Shown here: one piece after another, positions 9,001 through 17,038 of the stretch | Numbering within the stretch: position 1 is the stretch's first letter | Layout: each line of letters begins with the position of its first letter | Source: Fidelibacterota bacterium | GTDB taxonomy: Bacteria; Fidelibacterota; Marinisomatia; Marinisomatales; TCS55 | DNA: 18,859 nucleotides | Assembly (NCBI GenBank): GCA_027251445.1 | Contig: JAPNQO010000031.1 | Coordinates: 1 to 18,859, forward strand | Reading direction: 5' to 3' | Program-made: the position numbers and the translations under genes | Notes under the pieces: generated by a model | What the model was told of the DNA's origin: nothing | What the model saw: only the letters and a program-made list of their open reading frames with translations | Database searches by the model: none

Positions 9001-9068
9001 GGCAGCAAAGATTTAGTATCACGCTGTGATTTAGTTCCAAATATGTTAGTTAGTATATTTTGCAACAT
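6024..9068 (-). CDS. secA: Preprotein translocase ATPase SecA
   Basis: MKTGEGKT, VTVNDYLAQRD, YGTNNEFGFDYLRDN, DEVDSVLIDEARTPLIISG, ATNMAGRGTDI, QLRGRSGRQGD, YGQKNPLLEYK. Confidence 0.99.
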   Translation of the reverse strand: MLQNILTNIFGTKSQRDTKSLLPIVDEVNTIYESMKLKSDEELINRTQHFKNKILEKRKEAEDHANDQISDKEESKKYVLKVEQDTLNELLPEAFAMVKETCRRMMGKTYRVMGQEIKWEMIPYDVQILGGIVLHQGKVSEMKTGEGKTLVATMPLYLNALTGRGSHLVTVNDYLAQRDAEWMGEIYKNLGLSVGYILNTMDNKERKTSYDCDITYGTNNEFGFDYLRDNMALSKDDQVQRDHAFVIVDEVDSVLIDEARTPLIISGSVDAPVDTTYKELKPMVQNLIRKQNTLVSEMVSAASNHMENEELDEAGLKLLQANRGMPKHPKVMKIFQEKGTKKLAHDIESEYIRDKKLHEVDDDLYFSIDEKTHVIDITDKGRESLAPNDPEMFVIPDLGEVLHKIDENKSLSTLENKQQKEKAHQDHAEQSSRIHNISQLLRAYTLYDKDVEYVIQSGKVQIVDEFTGRILAGRRYSDGLHQALEAKENVTIERETQTLATITIQNYFRMYDNLAGMTGTAETEAEELGSIYELDVVVIPTHREIIRDDRDDLIYKTKREKYAAVIDEISDCYKRGQPTLVGTVAVDSSELLSRMLKQRGVPHSVLNAKQHKSEAEIVARAGQKGAVTIATNMAGRGTDIKLGDGIKELGGLHILGTERHESRRIDLQLRGRSGRQGDAGSSQFYLSLEDDLMRLFNSERVASIMDRMGIEEGEVITHKMVTRAIQNAQKKVEGRNFGIRKHLLEYDDVMNQQRQVVYDLRNNALKGDNLRETIPELIYDFVDDELGDESDDNYDSWDWESIEQNFSSSLLIDIDHNEFELDNDFDNLKNKIVDDAMEIYSARESLLPEDIMRGFERFVALRTIDEKWKDHLYAMDQLREGINLRAYGQKNPLLEYKSEGFYMFKDMMSITTQTTLQRLFRTKIQGMDQAPQVRGGQATNMQMKHQDSTGLGFTPTQEKDQTQNQPQQASRKPIISDKKVGRNEKVEVISPSGKREIIKYKKLQNYLNRGYTQT

Positions 9069-9080
9069 AATTATAAAATT

Positions 9081-9506
9081 CTATTTCACTACTTTATCAG
9101 GATCAATTTTTCTTTTGTAGATTGAATCTAAAACTCCATTGACAAAACTAGAGCTGTCTTCAGTGCTATATACTTTAGCTATTTCAATTGCTTCACTTAT
9201 TGACACTTTTGGAGGAATATCTTCATTAAAGTAAATTTCGCTAATTGCAATTCGCATAATTAATTGATCTAGCGTAGCTACTCTTTCTAATTTCCAATTA
9301 TCTAAATTATCAGAAATTAATTCCTCTGCCCAAGTTTTCTTATCAACAATATTATTGTAAAGATCAGAAATATATGACTTAGTCTCCTCATCAAAGCTAT
9401 TTCTGTCAAATAAATCAGATAGAACTTTAGATTGTTCTTCTCCAGTAAGTTCAAACGCATATAATGCCCCTAAAATACTTTCTCTGGCTAATCTGCGAGG
9501 ATGCAT
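9081..9506 (-). CDS. nusB: Transcription antitermination factor NusB
   Basis: RRLARE at the N-terminus, NWKLERVATLD, IPPKVSISEAIEIAKVYS, FVNGVLD. ATG at 9506 is preferred over the track's TTG at 9518. Confidence 0.96.
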   Translation of the reverse strand: MHPRRLARESILGALYAFELTGEEQSKVLSDLFDRNSFDEETKSYISDLYNNIVDKKTWAEELISDNLDNWKLERVATLDQLIMRIAISEIYFNEDIPPKVSISEAIEIAKVYSTEDSSSFVNGVLDSIYKRKIDPDKVVK

Positions 9507-9514
9507 AATGTTTA

Positions 9515-10534
9515 TCAACTATCTAGAGAAAATAACCAATCAAAATCATCATTTATTTCTTCTCTTTGGATTCCAATTAACAATTTTTTTAACTTCGTTG
9601 CATATGGGCCAATATTTCCATCAGAAATAGAATGAACTCCATCTTTATCAGATATTTTACCAACAGGCGTAACTGATACAGCTGTTCCTGTGCAAAAAAC
9701 CTCATCAGCATTGTATACTTCATTTAGAAGTATATCAGTTTCAATTACATCCAAGCCTAATTTATCTTTAGCTAGTCTCATTACAGAGTCACGTGTTATT
9801 CCAGCAAGGATACTACCTCTTAATTTTGGTGTCATTAATTTATTTTCTTTTATAACGAATAAATTTGCAGACCCAACCTCTTCTAAAAATTTGTCTTCTT
9901 TTGCATCTAAATAAAGCACTTCATCGTAGCCTTCATTTTTTGCTTCAGCAAGTGGATATAGCGAAGCAGAATAATTACCTATAGCTTTGGCGTTACCAAT
10001 ACCTTTTGGAGCCGCACGATGATATTCTTTATTTATTTTAAGGTGAAGAGGTCGCACCCCTCCCTTAAAATAGGGACCCACTGGTGAAACAAAAACCATA
10101 AATGTATACTCTTCAACTGGCTTAACTCCAATTGCTGGCGAAGTTCCCCATACTATTGGTCTTATATATAAGGTTCCTTTATTATAAGGAGGTACATAAT
10201 CAATATTGTCTAAAACAGTTTTTTTCACAGCATCAATAAAAAAAGACTTATTCATTTCAGGTATACATAATCTTTTGGTAGACACTGCCATGCGATTAGC
10301 ATTTAAATCTATTCGAAATAAAACTACTCTATTCTTTGCTGTTCTAAATGCTTTGGTTCCTTCAAAACATCCTTGACCATAATTCAATACACCAGCAGCT
10401 GGAGAAAGTTCAATTTTTCCATAGGGTACCAGGCTACCTTTTTGCCAAGTCTCTCCTTGCTTACAAGTTGCCTTAAACATGCTTTTAGTTTCAATTACAT
10501 CAAAACCAAGGCTATCCCAATCTATTTTTTTCAT
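9515..10534 (-). CDS. ilvE: Branched-chain amino acid aminotransferase (PLP fold IV)
   Basis: LNYGQGCFEGTKA, LYIRP, AKAIGNY (PLP lysine), EEVGSANLF, ILAGITRDS, EVFCTGTA. Confidence 0.95.
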   Translation of the reverse strand: MKKIDWDSLGFDVIETKSMFKATCKQGETWQKGSLVPYGKIELSPAAGVLNYGQGCFEGTKAFRTAKNRVVLFRIDLNANRMAVSTKRLCIPEMNKSFFIDAVKKTVLDNIDYVPPYNKGTLYIRPIVWGTSPAIGVKPVEEYTFMVFVSPVGPYFKGGVRPLHLKINKEYHRAAPKGIGNAKAIGNYSASLYPLAEAKNEGYDEVLYLDAKEDKFLEEVGSANLFVIKENKLMTPKLRGSILAGITRDSVMRLAKDKLGLDVIETDILLNEVYNADEVFCTGTAVSVTPVGKISDKDGVHSISDGNIGPYATKLKKLLIGIQREEINDDFDWLFSLDS

Positions 10535-10536
10535 AA

Positions 10537-11673
10537 TTAGTTTTCCAATAATTCTCTTGCTATTACCATGTTCTGAATTTCGGTAGTCCCTTCATATATC
10601 TGTGTAATTTTTGCATCTCTCATTAAACGCTCTACTCCATATTCCTGCATATATCCATATCCTCCAAATATTTGCACACAATCTGTAGCAGAATCCATTG
10701 CAGTCTGTGATGAAAAACTTTTTGCCATTGCTGCTTCTTTTGTAAAAGGCTTATGCATATCTTTTAATAATGCAGCATTATGAATTAAATGGCGAGAAGC
10801 TTCAATATTTGTTCCCATATTTGCTATCTTTTCTTGAATTGCACCAAAATCTGAAATAGGCTTTCCAAATTGTTTTCTATCTTTTGCATATACCTTTGAT
10901 TTATCTAAAGCAGCTTGGGCAATTCCTACAGCTTGCGAAGCAATCCCAATTCTTCCCCCATCAAGAGTAGTTAATGCAATCCGATATCCTTCTCCTTCAC
11001 TATCAATTAAATTCTCTACTGGGATTCGACAATTAGTAAAATGAATTTCACAGGTATCCGATGAGCGAATTCCTAATTTATTCTCTTTTTTACCTAATGA
11101 AATCCCATCAATATTTTTTGGAACAATAAATGCAGAGACCCCTTTATGTCCTTTCGATTTATCGGTGAGACTCATAACGATAATTAAGTCTGAATTAATA
11201 CCATTAGTTACCCAATTTTTTGTTCCATTCAATATATAATGACTACCATCTTTTTCTGCAATCGTTTTCATATTACTTGCATCAGAACCGGACTGAGGCT
11301 CACTTAAAGAAAAAGAGCCTAATAAATCGCCTTTTGCCAAACCTTTTAAATATGTTTCATTTTGAAAATCATTTCCATAATTAACTAAAGTTTGACATAC
11401 CAAACTATTGTTTACAGAAACAATTACACCTGCAGAGGCATCAATCCTTGAAATTTCTTCTATAATTAATGAATAACTAATAGTGTCCATACCTGCACCA
11501 TTCCATTTTTCTGGCACCATAACTCCCATAAAACCCAAGTCTCCCATCATTTTGACTTCTTGATGAGGAAATTTAGCCTTATCATCTCTTTCAATTGCGC
11601 CAGGCTCAAGATATTTAATGGCAAAATCTCGCGCTGTATTACGAACTAATTCTTGTTGTTCAGTTAAAATCAA
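10537..11673 (-). CDS. Acyl-CoA dehydrogenase (short/branched-chain type)
   Basis: SLSEPQSGSD, NGTKNWVTNG, KLGIRSSDT, LDGGRIGIA, RKQFGKPI, QIFGGYGY, KITQIYEGT. The start is most likely TTG at 11673, overlapping the thiolase TGA (TTGA); the track's extra 16 residues (MYWWWR...) lie inside the thiolase gene. Confidence 0.94.
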   Translation of the reverse strand: MILTEQQELVRNTARDFAIKYLEPGAIERDDKAKFPHQEVKMMGDLGFMGVMVPEKWNGAGMDTISYSLIIEEISRIDASAGVIVSVNNSLVCQTLVNYGNDFQNETYLKGLAKGDLLGSFSLSEPQSGSDASNMKTIAEKDGSHYILNGTKNWVTNGINSDLIIVMSLTDKSKGHKGVSAFIVPKNIDGISLGKKENKLGIRSSDTCEIHFTNCRIPVENLIDSEGEGYRIALTTLDGGRIGIASQAVGIAQAALDKSKVYAKDRKQFGKPISDFGAIQEKIANMGTNIEASRHLIHNAALLKDMHKPFTKEAAMAKSFSSQTAMDSATDCVQIFGGYGYMQEYGVERLMRDAKITQIYEGTTEIQNMVIARELLEN

Positions 11674-12857
11674 TTTACTCTTTCTATAATTAAGGCAGAA
11701 GCTTCTCCACCACCAATACATAAAGTAGCCAACCCTACAGATAAATCTTTATGATTCAAAGCATGTATTAGTGTAGTTAATATTCTAGCGCCACTTGCTC
11801 CTATTGGATGTCCTAGCGCAATTGCGCCTCCATTCACATTAATTTTACCATGATCCAAGTTATAATCATCCATTACAGACATTACTACTGGGGCAAATGC
11901 TTCATTAATTTCCCATAAATCTATATCATTAACTTCCATATTCGCTTTAATTAAGATTTTTTTAATTGCTTTAATCGGAGCTGTAGTAAACCATTTTGGA
12001 TCATGCGCAGCAGATGATTGATAAAGAATACGCGCAAGTGGCTTTAAACCTAATTCCGAGGCTTTATTTTCACTCATTAATAATAAACAAGCAGCCCCAT
12101 CATTAATTTTTGAAGCATTTGCAGCTGTTATAGATCCATCTTCTTCAAAAGCAGGTGATAATTTATCCATTTTATCAAAATTTACATTTTTAGGTTCTTC
12201 GTCTTCTTTAAATATAGTAGTGTTACTTCTATTTTCTACATTTACAGATATGATTTCATTTGTAAACGCACCTGATTTTTGAGCATCAATTGCTCTACGA
12301 TAAGATTCTTTTGCAAAATCATTTTGATCATTAATACTATAATTTCTTTCTCTTGCACAAATCTCAGCACAATTACCCATATGAATATCATTATATACAT
12401 CCCATAATCCATCATTGATCATACTATCAATTAGCCTTCCATTTCCTAGCCTATATCCTGCTCTAGCTTTAGGAAGTATATATGGAGCTTGACTCATATT
12501 TTCGAAACCACCAGCTATAATAATATTAGCATCATTTACTTGGATTGCCTGTGCAGCCAGCATTACAGCTTTTAAACCAGAGGCGCACATTTTATTAATT
12601 GTTAGGCATTCTATGCTATCAGGCAATCCTGCTCCAATAGTAGCCTGTCGCGCAGGCGCTTGTCCTAAACCAGCAGATAATACATTACCCATTATTACTT
12701 CATCAATTAATAAAGGGTCTAACATTGTATCATTTAATATTTCTGAAATGACTAATGACCCTAGTTTAGGAGCAGAGACTACAGATAGACCGCCTTGGAA
12801 TGATCCTATTGGTGTGCGTCTCGCTGATACTATAACTACATTATGTTTTTTATTCAT
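11670..12857 (-). CDS. Acetyl-CoA C-acyltransferase (thiolase)
   Basis: RTPIG, GQAPARQA, TINKMCASG (nucleophile Cys), NEAF, GHPIGASGAR, CIGGG. Confidence 0.97.
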   Translation of the reverse strand: MNKKHNVVIVSARRTPIGSFQGGLSVVSAPKLGSLVISEILNDTMLDPLLIDEVIMGNVLSAGLGQAPARQATIGAGLPDSIECLTINKMCASGLKAVMLAAQAIQVNDANIIIAGGFENMSQAPYILPKARAGYRLGNGRLIDSMINDGLWDVYNDIHMGNCAEICARERNYSINDQNDFAKESYRRAIDAQKSGAFTNEIISVNVENRSNTTIFKEDEEPKNVNFDKMDKLSPAFEEDGSITAANASKINDGAACLLLMSENKASELGLKPLARILYQSSAAHDPKWFTTAPIKAIKKILIKANMEVNDIDLWEINEAFAPVVMSVMDDYNLDHGKINVNGGAIALGHPIGASGARILTTLIHALNHKDLSVGLATLCIGGGEASALIIERVN

Positions 12858-13042
12858 TAAATATTAAAAACAATGAAGAAATTAATTGGATTTTCTTGAA
12901 AAAGATGTTTACAAAGATTTAAATATAAAAAAACCACTAAAAATATTTTACATTAATTAACTATAAATGCTAATTATTAAATCTACCATAACAAGTATCT
13001 ACCAAATTAGTATTGTTATATAATGGTTTCATAGCGTTTAAG

Positions 13043-13990
13043 TTAATTCTTTGGTTTTATTGATTTATCATAAGCAAGAATAATATCTTTAACCAATTTA
13101 TGCCTAACAACATCACTTTCTGTTAGATTTACAAAACCAATGCCATCAATACCTTTAAGTATTTTGACTACTTGTATAAGACCAGAATCAGTTTTCATTG
13201 GTAAATCAATTTGAGTTATATCACCCGTAATAATTGCTTTTGAATTAACACCCAATCTTGTTAAAAACATTTTCATTTGCATAGGTGTTGCATTTTGCGC
13301 TTCATCTAAAATCATAAATGCATTATTTAAGGTTCTACCCCTCATATAGGCTAAAGGAACAATCTCTATAGTTCCATCTGATAATACAATTTTTAATTTT
13401 TGTTTTGGCATGATATCACCCAAAGCATCATAAAGGGGAGTAAGGTATGGATCAACTTTTTCTTTTAAATCGCCTGGTAAAAAACCTAGACTTTCACCGG
13501 CTTCTACTGCAGGCCGGCATAAAATAATCTTGTCAACTTCGCTATTTTCAAGTGCAGCAATTGCAAATGCAACTGCAATATATGTTTTACCGGTTCCCGC
13601 TGGACCTATACTGAGTACTATATCATTATTATTTACAGTATCTATATAGGAATGTTGTCCTTTTGAACGGGCAACTATGGCACCTTTTCTTCCATAATGA
13701 ATTACTTCTTTAGGAAGTTGATTGGATTGACCATTATCAATAGACACAATTTCAATTAATTGTTTAACATCTTTTAAATTAATTGAACCTTTTCTTCCTA
13801 AAGTTTGTTTCATTTCATGCAAAATCTCTTTTGCAAGATCAATTTTATTTTTTTCACCAGTAATTTTAATATTGTCATTTCTAATTACAGTTTTCACCGC
13901 AAATGAATCTTCTATAATCCTTAAATGAGAATCTGCTGGGCCAAATAACATTGCCAAGTCTAGCCCCCTAATATCAATTGTCTTATCCAT
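13043..13990 (-). CDS. phoH: PhoH-family ATPase (PhoH/YbeZ-like, with N-terminal KH-like region)
   Basis: GPAGTGKT, RPAVEAGESLGFLPGDL, LAYMRGRTL, DEAQN, GDITQIDLP, DVVRHKLV. Confidence 0.95.
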   Translation of the reverse strand: MDKTIDIRGLDLAMLFGPADSHLRIIEDSFAVKTVIRNDNIKITGEKNKIDLAKEILHEMKQTLGRKGSINLKDVKQLIEIVSIDNGQSNQLPKEVIHYGRKGAIVARSKGQHSYIDTVNNNDIVLSIGPAGTGKTYIAVAFAIAALENSEVDKIILCRPAVEAGESLGFLPGDLKEKVDPYLTPLYDALGDIMPKQKLKIVLSDGTIEIVPLAYMRGRTLNNAFMILDEAQNATPMQMKMFLTRLGVNSKAIITGDITQIDLPMKTDSGLIQVVKILKGIDGIGFVNLTESDVVRHKLVKDIILAYDKSIKPKN

Positions 13991-14086
13991 GTTCTAAAAA
14001 TAAATATTAATTTATGCTTTAAATATTATTAACAATTATTAATTATTACTTTGTATAAATAATTTTAATTAAAAAATACTCATAAA

Positions 14087-14941
14087 TTGAAGAACATTTA
14101 TATTTTATTCACATTTATATTTTTATCGATTAACTGTAGTTATTTAAACACGCAGTCAAATACGAATAAATTGAATTCAGAATCGCTTATTAATCAAGGA
14201 AATGCATACTGGAGTAAGAGAGCTAACCCAAGGAGTGCAAAATTAGCTGTATTATTTTATCAAAAGGCTTTTAATCTAAATCATAAAGATCTAGAATTAG
14301 CCGCTTCTCTTAGCAAAGCTTATTATTTCCAAGCTTATTATATTGAATCAGATTTATCTAAAAGAGATACTCTATATTTAAAAGGTTCTAAATCTGCATT
14401 AAAAGCTTTTGAAAATTCCGACTTTTATAAATCTTTTTCAGACACTTCATCACTAGAGAATAATAAAAAGAAATTAGAAGCAATTAAAAAAGCTCCTATT
14501 GAAACAATTGGTGTTTTATTCTGGTGGGCAACAAATCATGGTAAGTATCTTATCAATAAACCAATTATTGAAAGAATAGAATCGAGAGAGATCCTCGAGT
14601 TAGCAATGTATCGTATTTCCACATTAGATGAAGATTATTATTATGGTGGTCCTTCTAGATTTTTTGGAATGTTTTATTCTAGATTACCTGGTGTACCACT
14701 TGAAAGAGCAAGAATCAATTTTGATGAATCTTTACTGGATAATCCTAACTATTTTGGAACAAGAGTTTTAAGAGCCCGCTACTATCATACTAAATTAGGT
14801 AATCGGGAACAATTCCAAGATGATTTAAAACACGTTATTGAAACAGATCCATCATTATTACCAGATGCTATGCCAGAAAATCTATTTGAACAAGAAAAGG
14901 CTAAAGAATTATTAAATAATCAAACTATTCTTTTTGAATGA
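14087..14941 (+). CDS. Exported helical-repeat protein, probable lipoprotein, resembling the TRAP transporter TatT (T-component) family
   Basis: TTG start and signal peptide ending in LSINC (atypical lipobox). The C-terminal half DEDYYYGG..FFGMFYSRLPG...ARINF...VLRARYY...F...L..VI..DP..LPD..PEN..EQEKAKELL matches my recollection of the TatT pattern. Only plus-strand gene in the window. Confidence 0.7.
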   Translation: MKNIYILFTFIFLSINCSYLNTQSNTNKLNSESLINQGNAYWSKRANPRSAKLAVLFYQKAFNLNHKDLELAASLSKAYYFQAYYIESDLSKRDTLYLKGSKSALKAFENSDFYKSFSDTSSLENNKKKLEAIKKAPIETIGVLFWWATNHGKYLINKPIIERIESREILELAMYRISTLDEDYYYGGPSRFFGMFYSRLPGVPLERARINFDESLLDNPNYFGTRVLRARYYHTKLGNREQFQDDLKHVIETDPSLLPDAMPENLFEQEKAKELLNNQTILFE

Positions 14942-14959
14942 TGTAAAGGGATCTTTATT

Positions 14960-14992
14960 TAATTAAACTATTCAATAGATTAATTATTTTTT
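14960..14992 (+). terminator. Possible AT-rich terminator between convergent genes
   Basis: TAATTAAACTAT-TCA-ATAGATTAATTA (11/12 paired) followed by TTTTTT on +; overlaps the stop codon of the convergent small ORF. The stem is weak. Confidence 0.35.
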
Positions 14993-15205
14993 CAAAAGTC
15001 CGAATTTGTATCCAATAATATTAATAAATATATCAGCTATCTTATTTTTTGTAGTTTCAATAGCAAATGAAAATGGAATAAATAATTCAAGAATTTCCCA
15101 TCCTAAAGATAATAAAAAAAATAAGGGCCAATTTTTTTTAAAATATTTTCCATAAATAAACCAAATCATGAAATGGACAATTGAATAATAATTAAACAAT
15201 GACAT
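14984..15205 (-). CDS. Small hypothetical membrane protein (73 aa)
   Basis: ATG start, fills the gap after aspS, two to three hydrophobic segments with intramembrane polar motifs (VHF, GWEILE, NKIADI). Confidence 0.7.
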   Translation of the reverse strand: MSLFNYYSIVHFMIWFIYGKYFKKNWPLFFLLSLGWEILELFIPFSFAIETTKNKIADIFINIIGYKFGLLKK

Positions 15206-15245
15206 ATAATTAGTTATGCATCAATATAGATGCATTGAAGCGAAA

Positions 15246-16994
15246 TCATTTTTTAATTTGAATTCCTAGTTCTTTCATTTGAGTTTTTGAAACAGGGCTT
15301 GGCGCACCATCCATAAGTGACATGGCCGATGTTGTTTTTGGGAATGCAATAACATCTCTGATATTATTAGTACCAGCTAGCAACATAACTAATCTATCAA
15401 ATCCAAATGCTATACCACCATGCGGGGGCGTTCCATATTTGAGCGCATCTATAAAAAACCCAAATCTTTCATTGGCTTCTTTACGATCAATACCAAGTAT
15501 ATCAAAAATTACTTTCTGCATATCAGAATTATGAATCCTAACAGAACCACCAGCCACCTCATAGCCATTAATTATTAAATCGTATTGCTTTGATGGTATA
15601 GACTCTGGTGAAGATTTTAGTTTCTCTAGGTCATTTGATTTTGGTTGTGTAAAAGGATGTTGTAGCGAATGATAACGTTTGTCTTCTTGGTTATACTCAA
15701 ACATAGGAAAATCTGTAATCCATACAGGTTTAAAATCATTTGATTTTGCATACTCTTCTTTTTTAGCAATTGCAATACGTAGCGCACCTAATGATAATTG
15801 CGTTGTTTTTATATCGTCACCAATAATAAAAAGGATATCACCATTATCCATATTAAGCTTTTTTGTTATTTTAGAATGTAAATCATCCGAAAAAAACTTG
15901 GAGATACCTCCAGTTAATATTCCATCAGAAAACTTCATCCATGCTAAACCTTTAGCTTTATATCTTTGAACATGTTCTGTATAATGATCAATGTCTTTAC
16001 GAGAATATTTAGCTCCACCAGGTACAACAATACACATAACGCTTTCAACCGAATGAAAAGCTTTGAATTCACTTTTTTCTGAAAAAGGCTTAAAATCATT
16101 TAATAATAAATCATAACGTAAATCTGGGCAATCGGTACCATACTTTGACATAGCATCATTATAAGTCATCTTTGGAAAGGGTTTTATTAAGTCAATATTT
16201 TGAACTTTATTAAAAATATATCTCGTTAATTCTTCGCATTTTTTCATTATATCATTTTCATCTACAAAAGACATTTCTATATCTATTTGAGTGAATTCAG
16301 GTTGACGATCAGCTCTTAAATCTTCATCTCGAAAACATTTTACAATTTGGAAATATCTATCAAATCCAGAAATCATTAATAGTTGCTTATACATTTGAGG
16401 AGACTGTGGTAAGGCATAAAATTTTCCATTGTGTATTCTACTTGGTACTAAATAATCTCGAGCTCCTTCAGGAGTAGATTTCATAAGAACAGGAGTTTCA
16501 ACTTCAAAAAAATTATTATCTGATAAAAAGGTTCGCACAGCTTGATAAGTATTATGTCTGACTTTTATATTTTCCTGTAATTCATTTGTACGTAATTCAA
16601 GAAAACGAAATTTTAGTCGAAGATTTTCCTCAGCACTATTACGATCTGTAATTATAAAAGGTAAAGGATGTGCTTCATTTAAAATCTCATGTTCAGATAT
16701 AATAACTTCAATTTCACCGGTTGAAATATTTGAATTTTGCGAGTTTTGATCTCTTTCCTGAACGATACCTTTAACAGAAAGGACATCCTCCATAGATAAT
16801 TTTTTAACTAATTCGAAATCGCCATTAAAATTATCTTGATTATAAACAATCTGAGTCTTTCCATAACGATCTCTTAAATCCACAAAAACAATTTGGCCAT
16901 GGAAACGAACAGCATTTACCCAACCATTTAAACATACTTTTTCACCAAGATTCCCAGATGTCAATTCTCCACATGTATGTGTTCTTCTATTCAT
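15246..16994 (-). CDS. aspS: Aspartate--tRNA ligase (bacterial type with GAD insert)
   Basis: RTHTCGEL, FVDLRDRYG, STPEGARDYLVPSR, ALPQSPQ, CFRDEDLRADRQPEFTQID, GGSVRIH, PPHGGIAFGFDR, IRDVIAFPKT. Confidence 0.99.
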   Translation of the reverse strand: MNRRTHTCGELTSGNLGEKVCLNGWVNAVRFHGQIVFVDLRDRYGKTQIVYNQDNFNGDFELVKKLSMEDVLSVKGIVQERDQNSQNSNISTGEIEVIISEHEILNEAHPLPFIITDRNSAEENLRLKFRFLELRTNELQENIKVRHNTYQAVRTFLSDNNFFEVETPVLMKSTPEGARDYLVPSRIHNGKFYALPQSPQMYKQLLMISGFDRYFQIVKCFRDEDLRADRQPEFTQIDIEMSFVDENDIMKKCEELTRYIFNKVQNIDLIKPFPKMTYNDAMSKYGTDCPDLRYDLLLNDFKPFSEKSEFKAFHSVESVMCIVVPGGAKYSRKDIDHYTEHVQRYKAKGLAWMKFSDGILTGGISKFFSDDLHSKITKKLNMDNGDILFIIGDDIKTTQLSLGALRIAIAKKEEYAKSNDFKPVWITDFPMFEYNQEDKRYHSLQHPFTQPKSNDLEKLKSSPESIPSKQYDLIINGYEVAGGSVRIHNSDMQKVIFDILGIDRKEANERFGFFIDALKYGTPPHGGIAFGFDRLVMLLAGTNNIRDVIAFPKTTSAMSLMDGAPSPVSKTQMKELGIQIKK

Positions 16995-17004
16995 AGCTAT
17001 TGAT

Positions 17005-17038
17005 AAAAAAAAACCGCCTAAATTTACGGGCGGTTTTT
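17005..17038 (-). terminator. Intrinsic terminator after atpC (bidirectional-looking)
   Basis: Minus strand reads AAAAACCGCC-CGTAAATTTA-GGCGGTTTTTTTTT: GC stem plus 9 T. There is also a T5 tract on the plus strand. Confidence 0.85.

Noticed and set aside
11674..11721. Trp-rich N-terminal extension MYWWWRSFCLNYRKSK of the acyl-CoA dehydrogenase (looks like a leader peptide)
   Set aside because: It is the alternative-frame reading of the thiolase CIGGGEAS codons; homology starts at the TTG at 11673.
9690..12867. Plus-strand ORFs 9690..9914 and 12613..12867
   Set aside because: Antisense shadows of ilvE and the thiolase.
13991..14086. Extremely AT-rich divergent intergenic region as a possible origin or ncRNA
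   Set aside because: No DnaA-box cluster or stable structure seen; best explained as divergent promoters, whose elements cannot be placed reliably in such AT-rich DNA.
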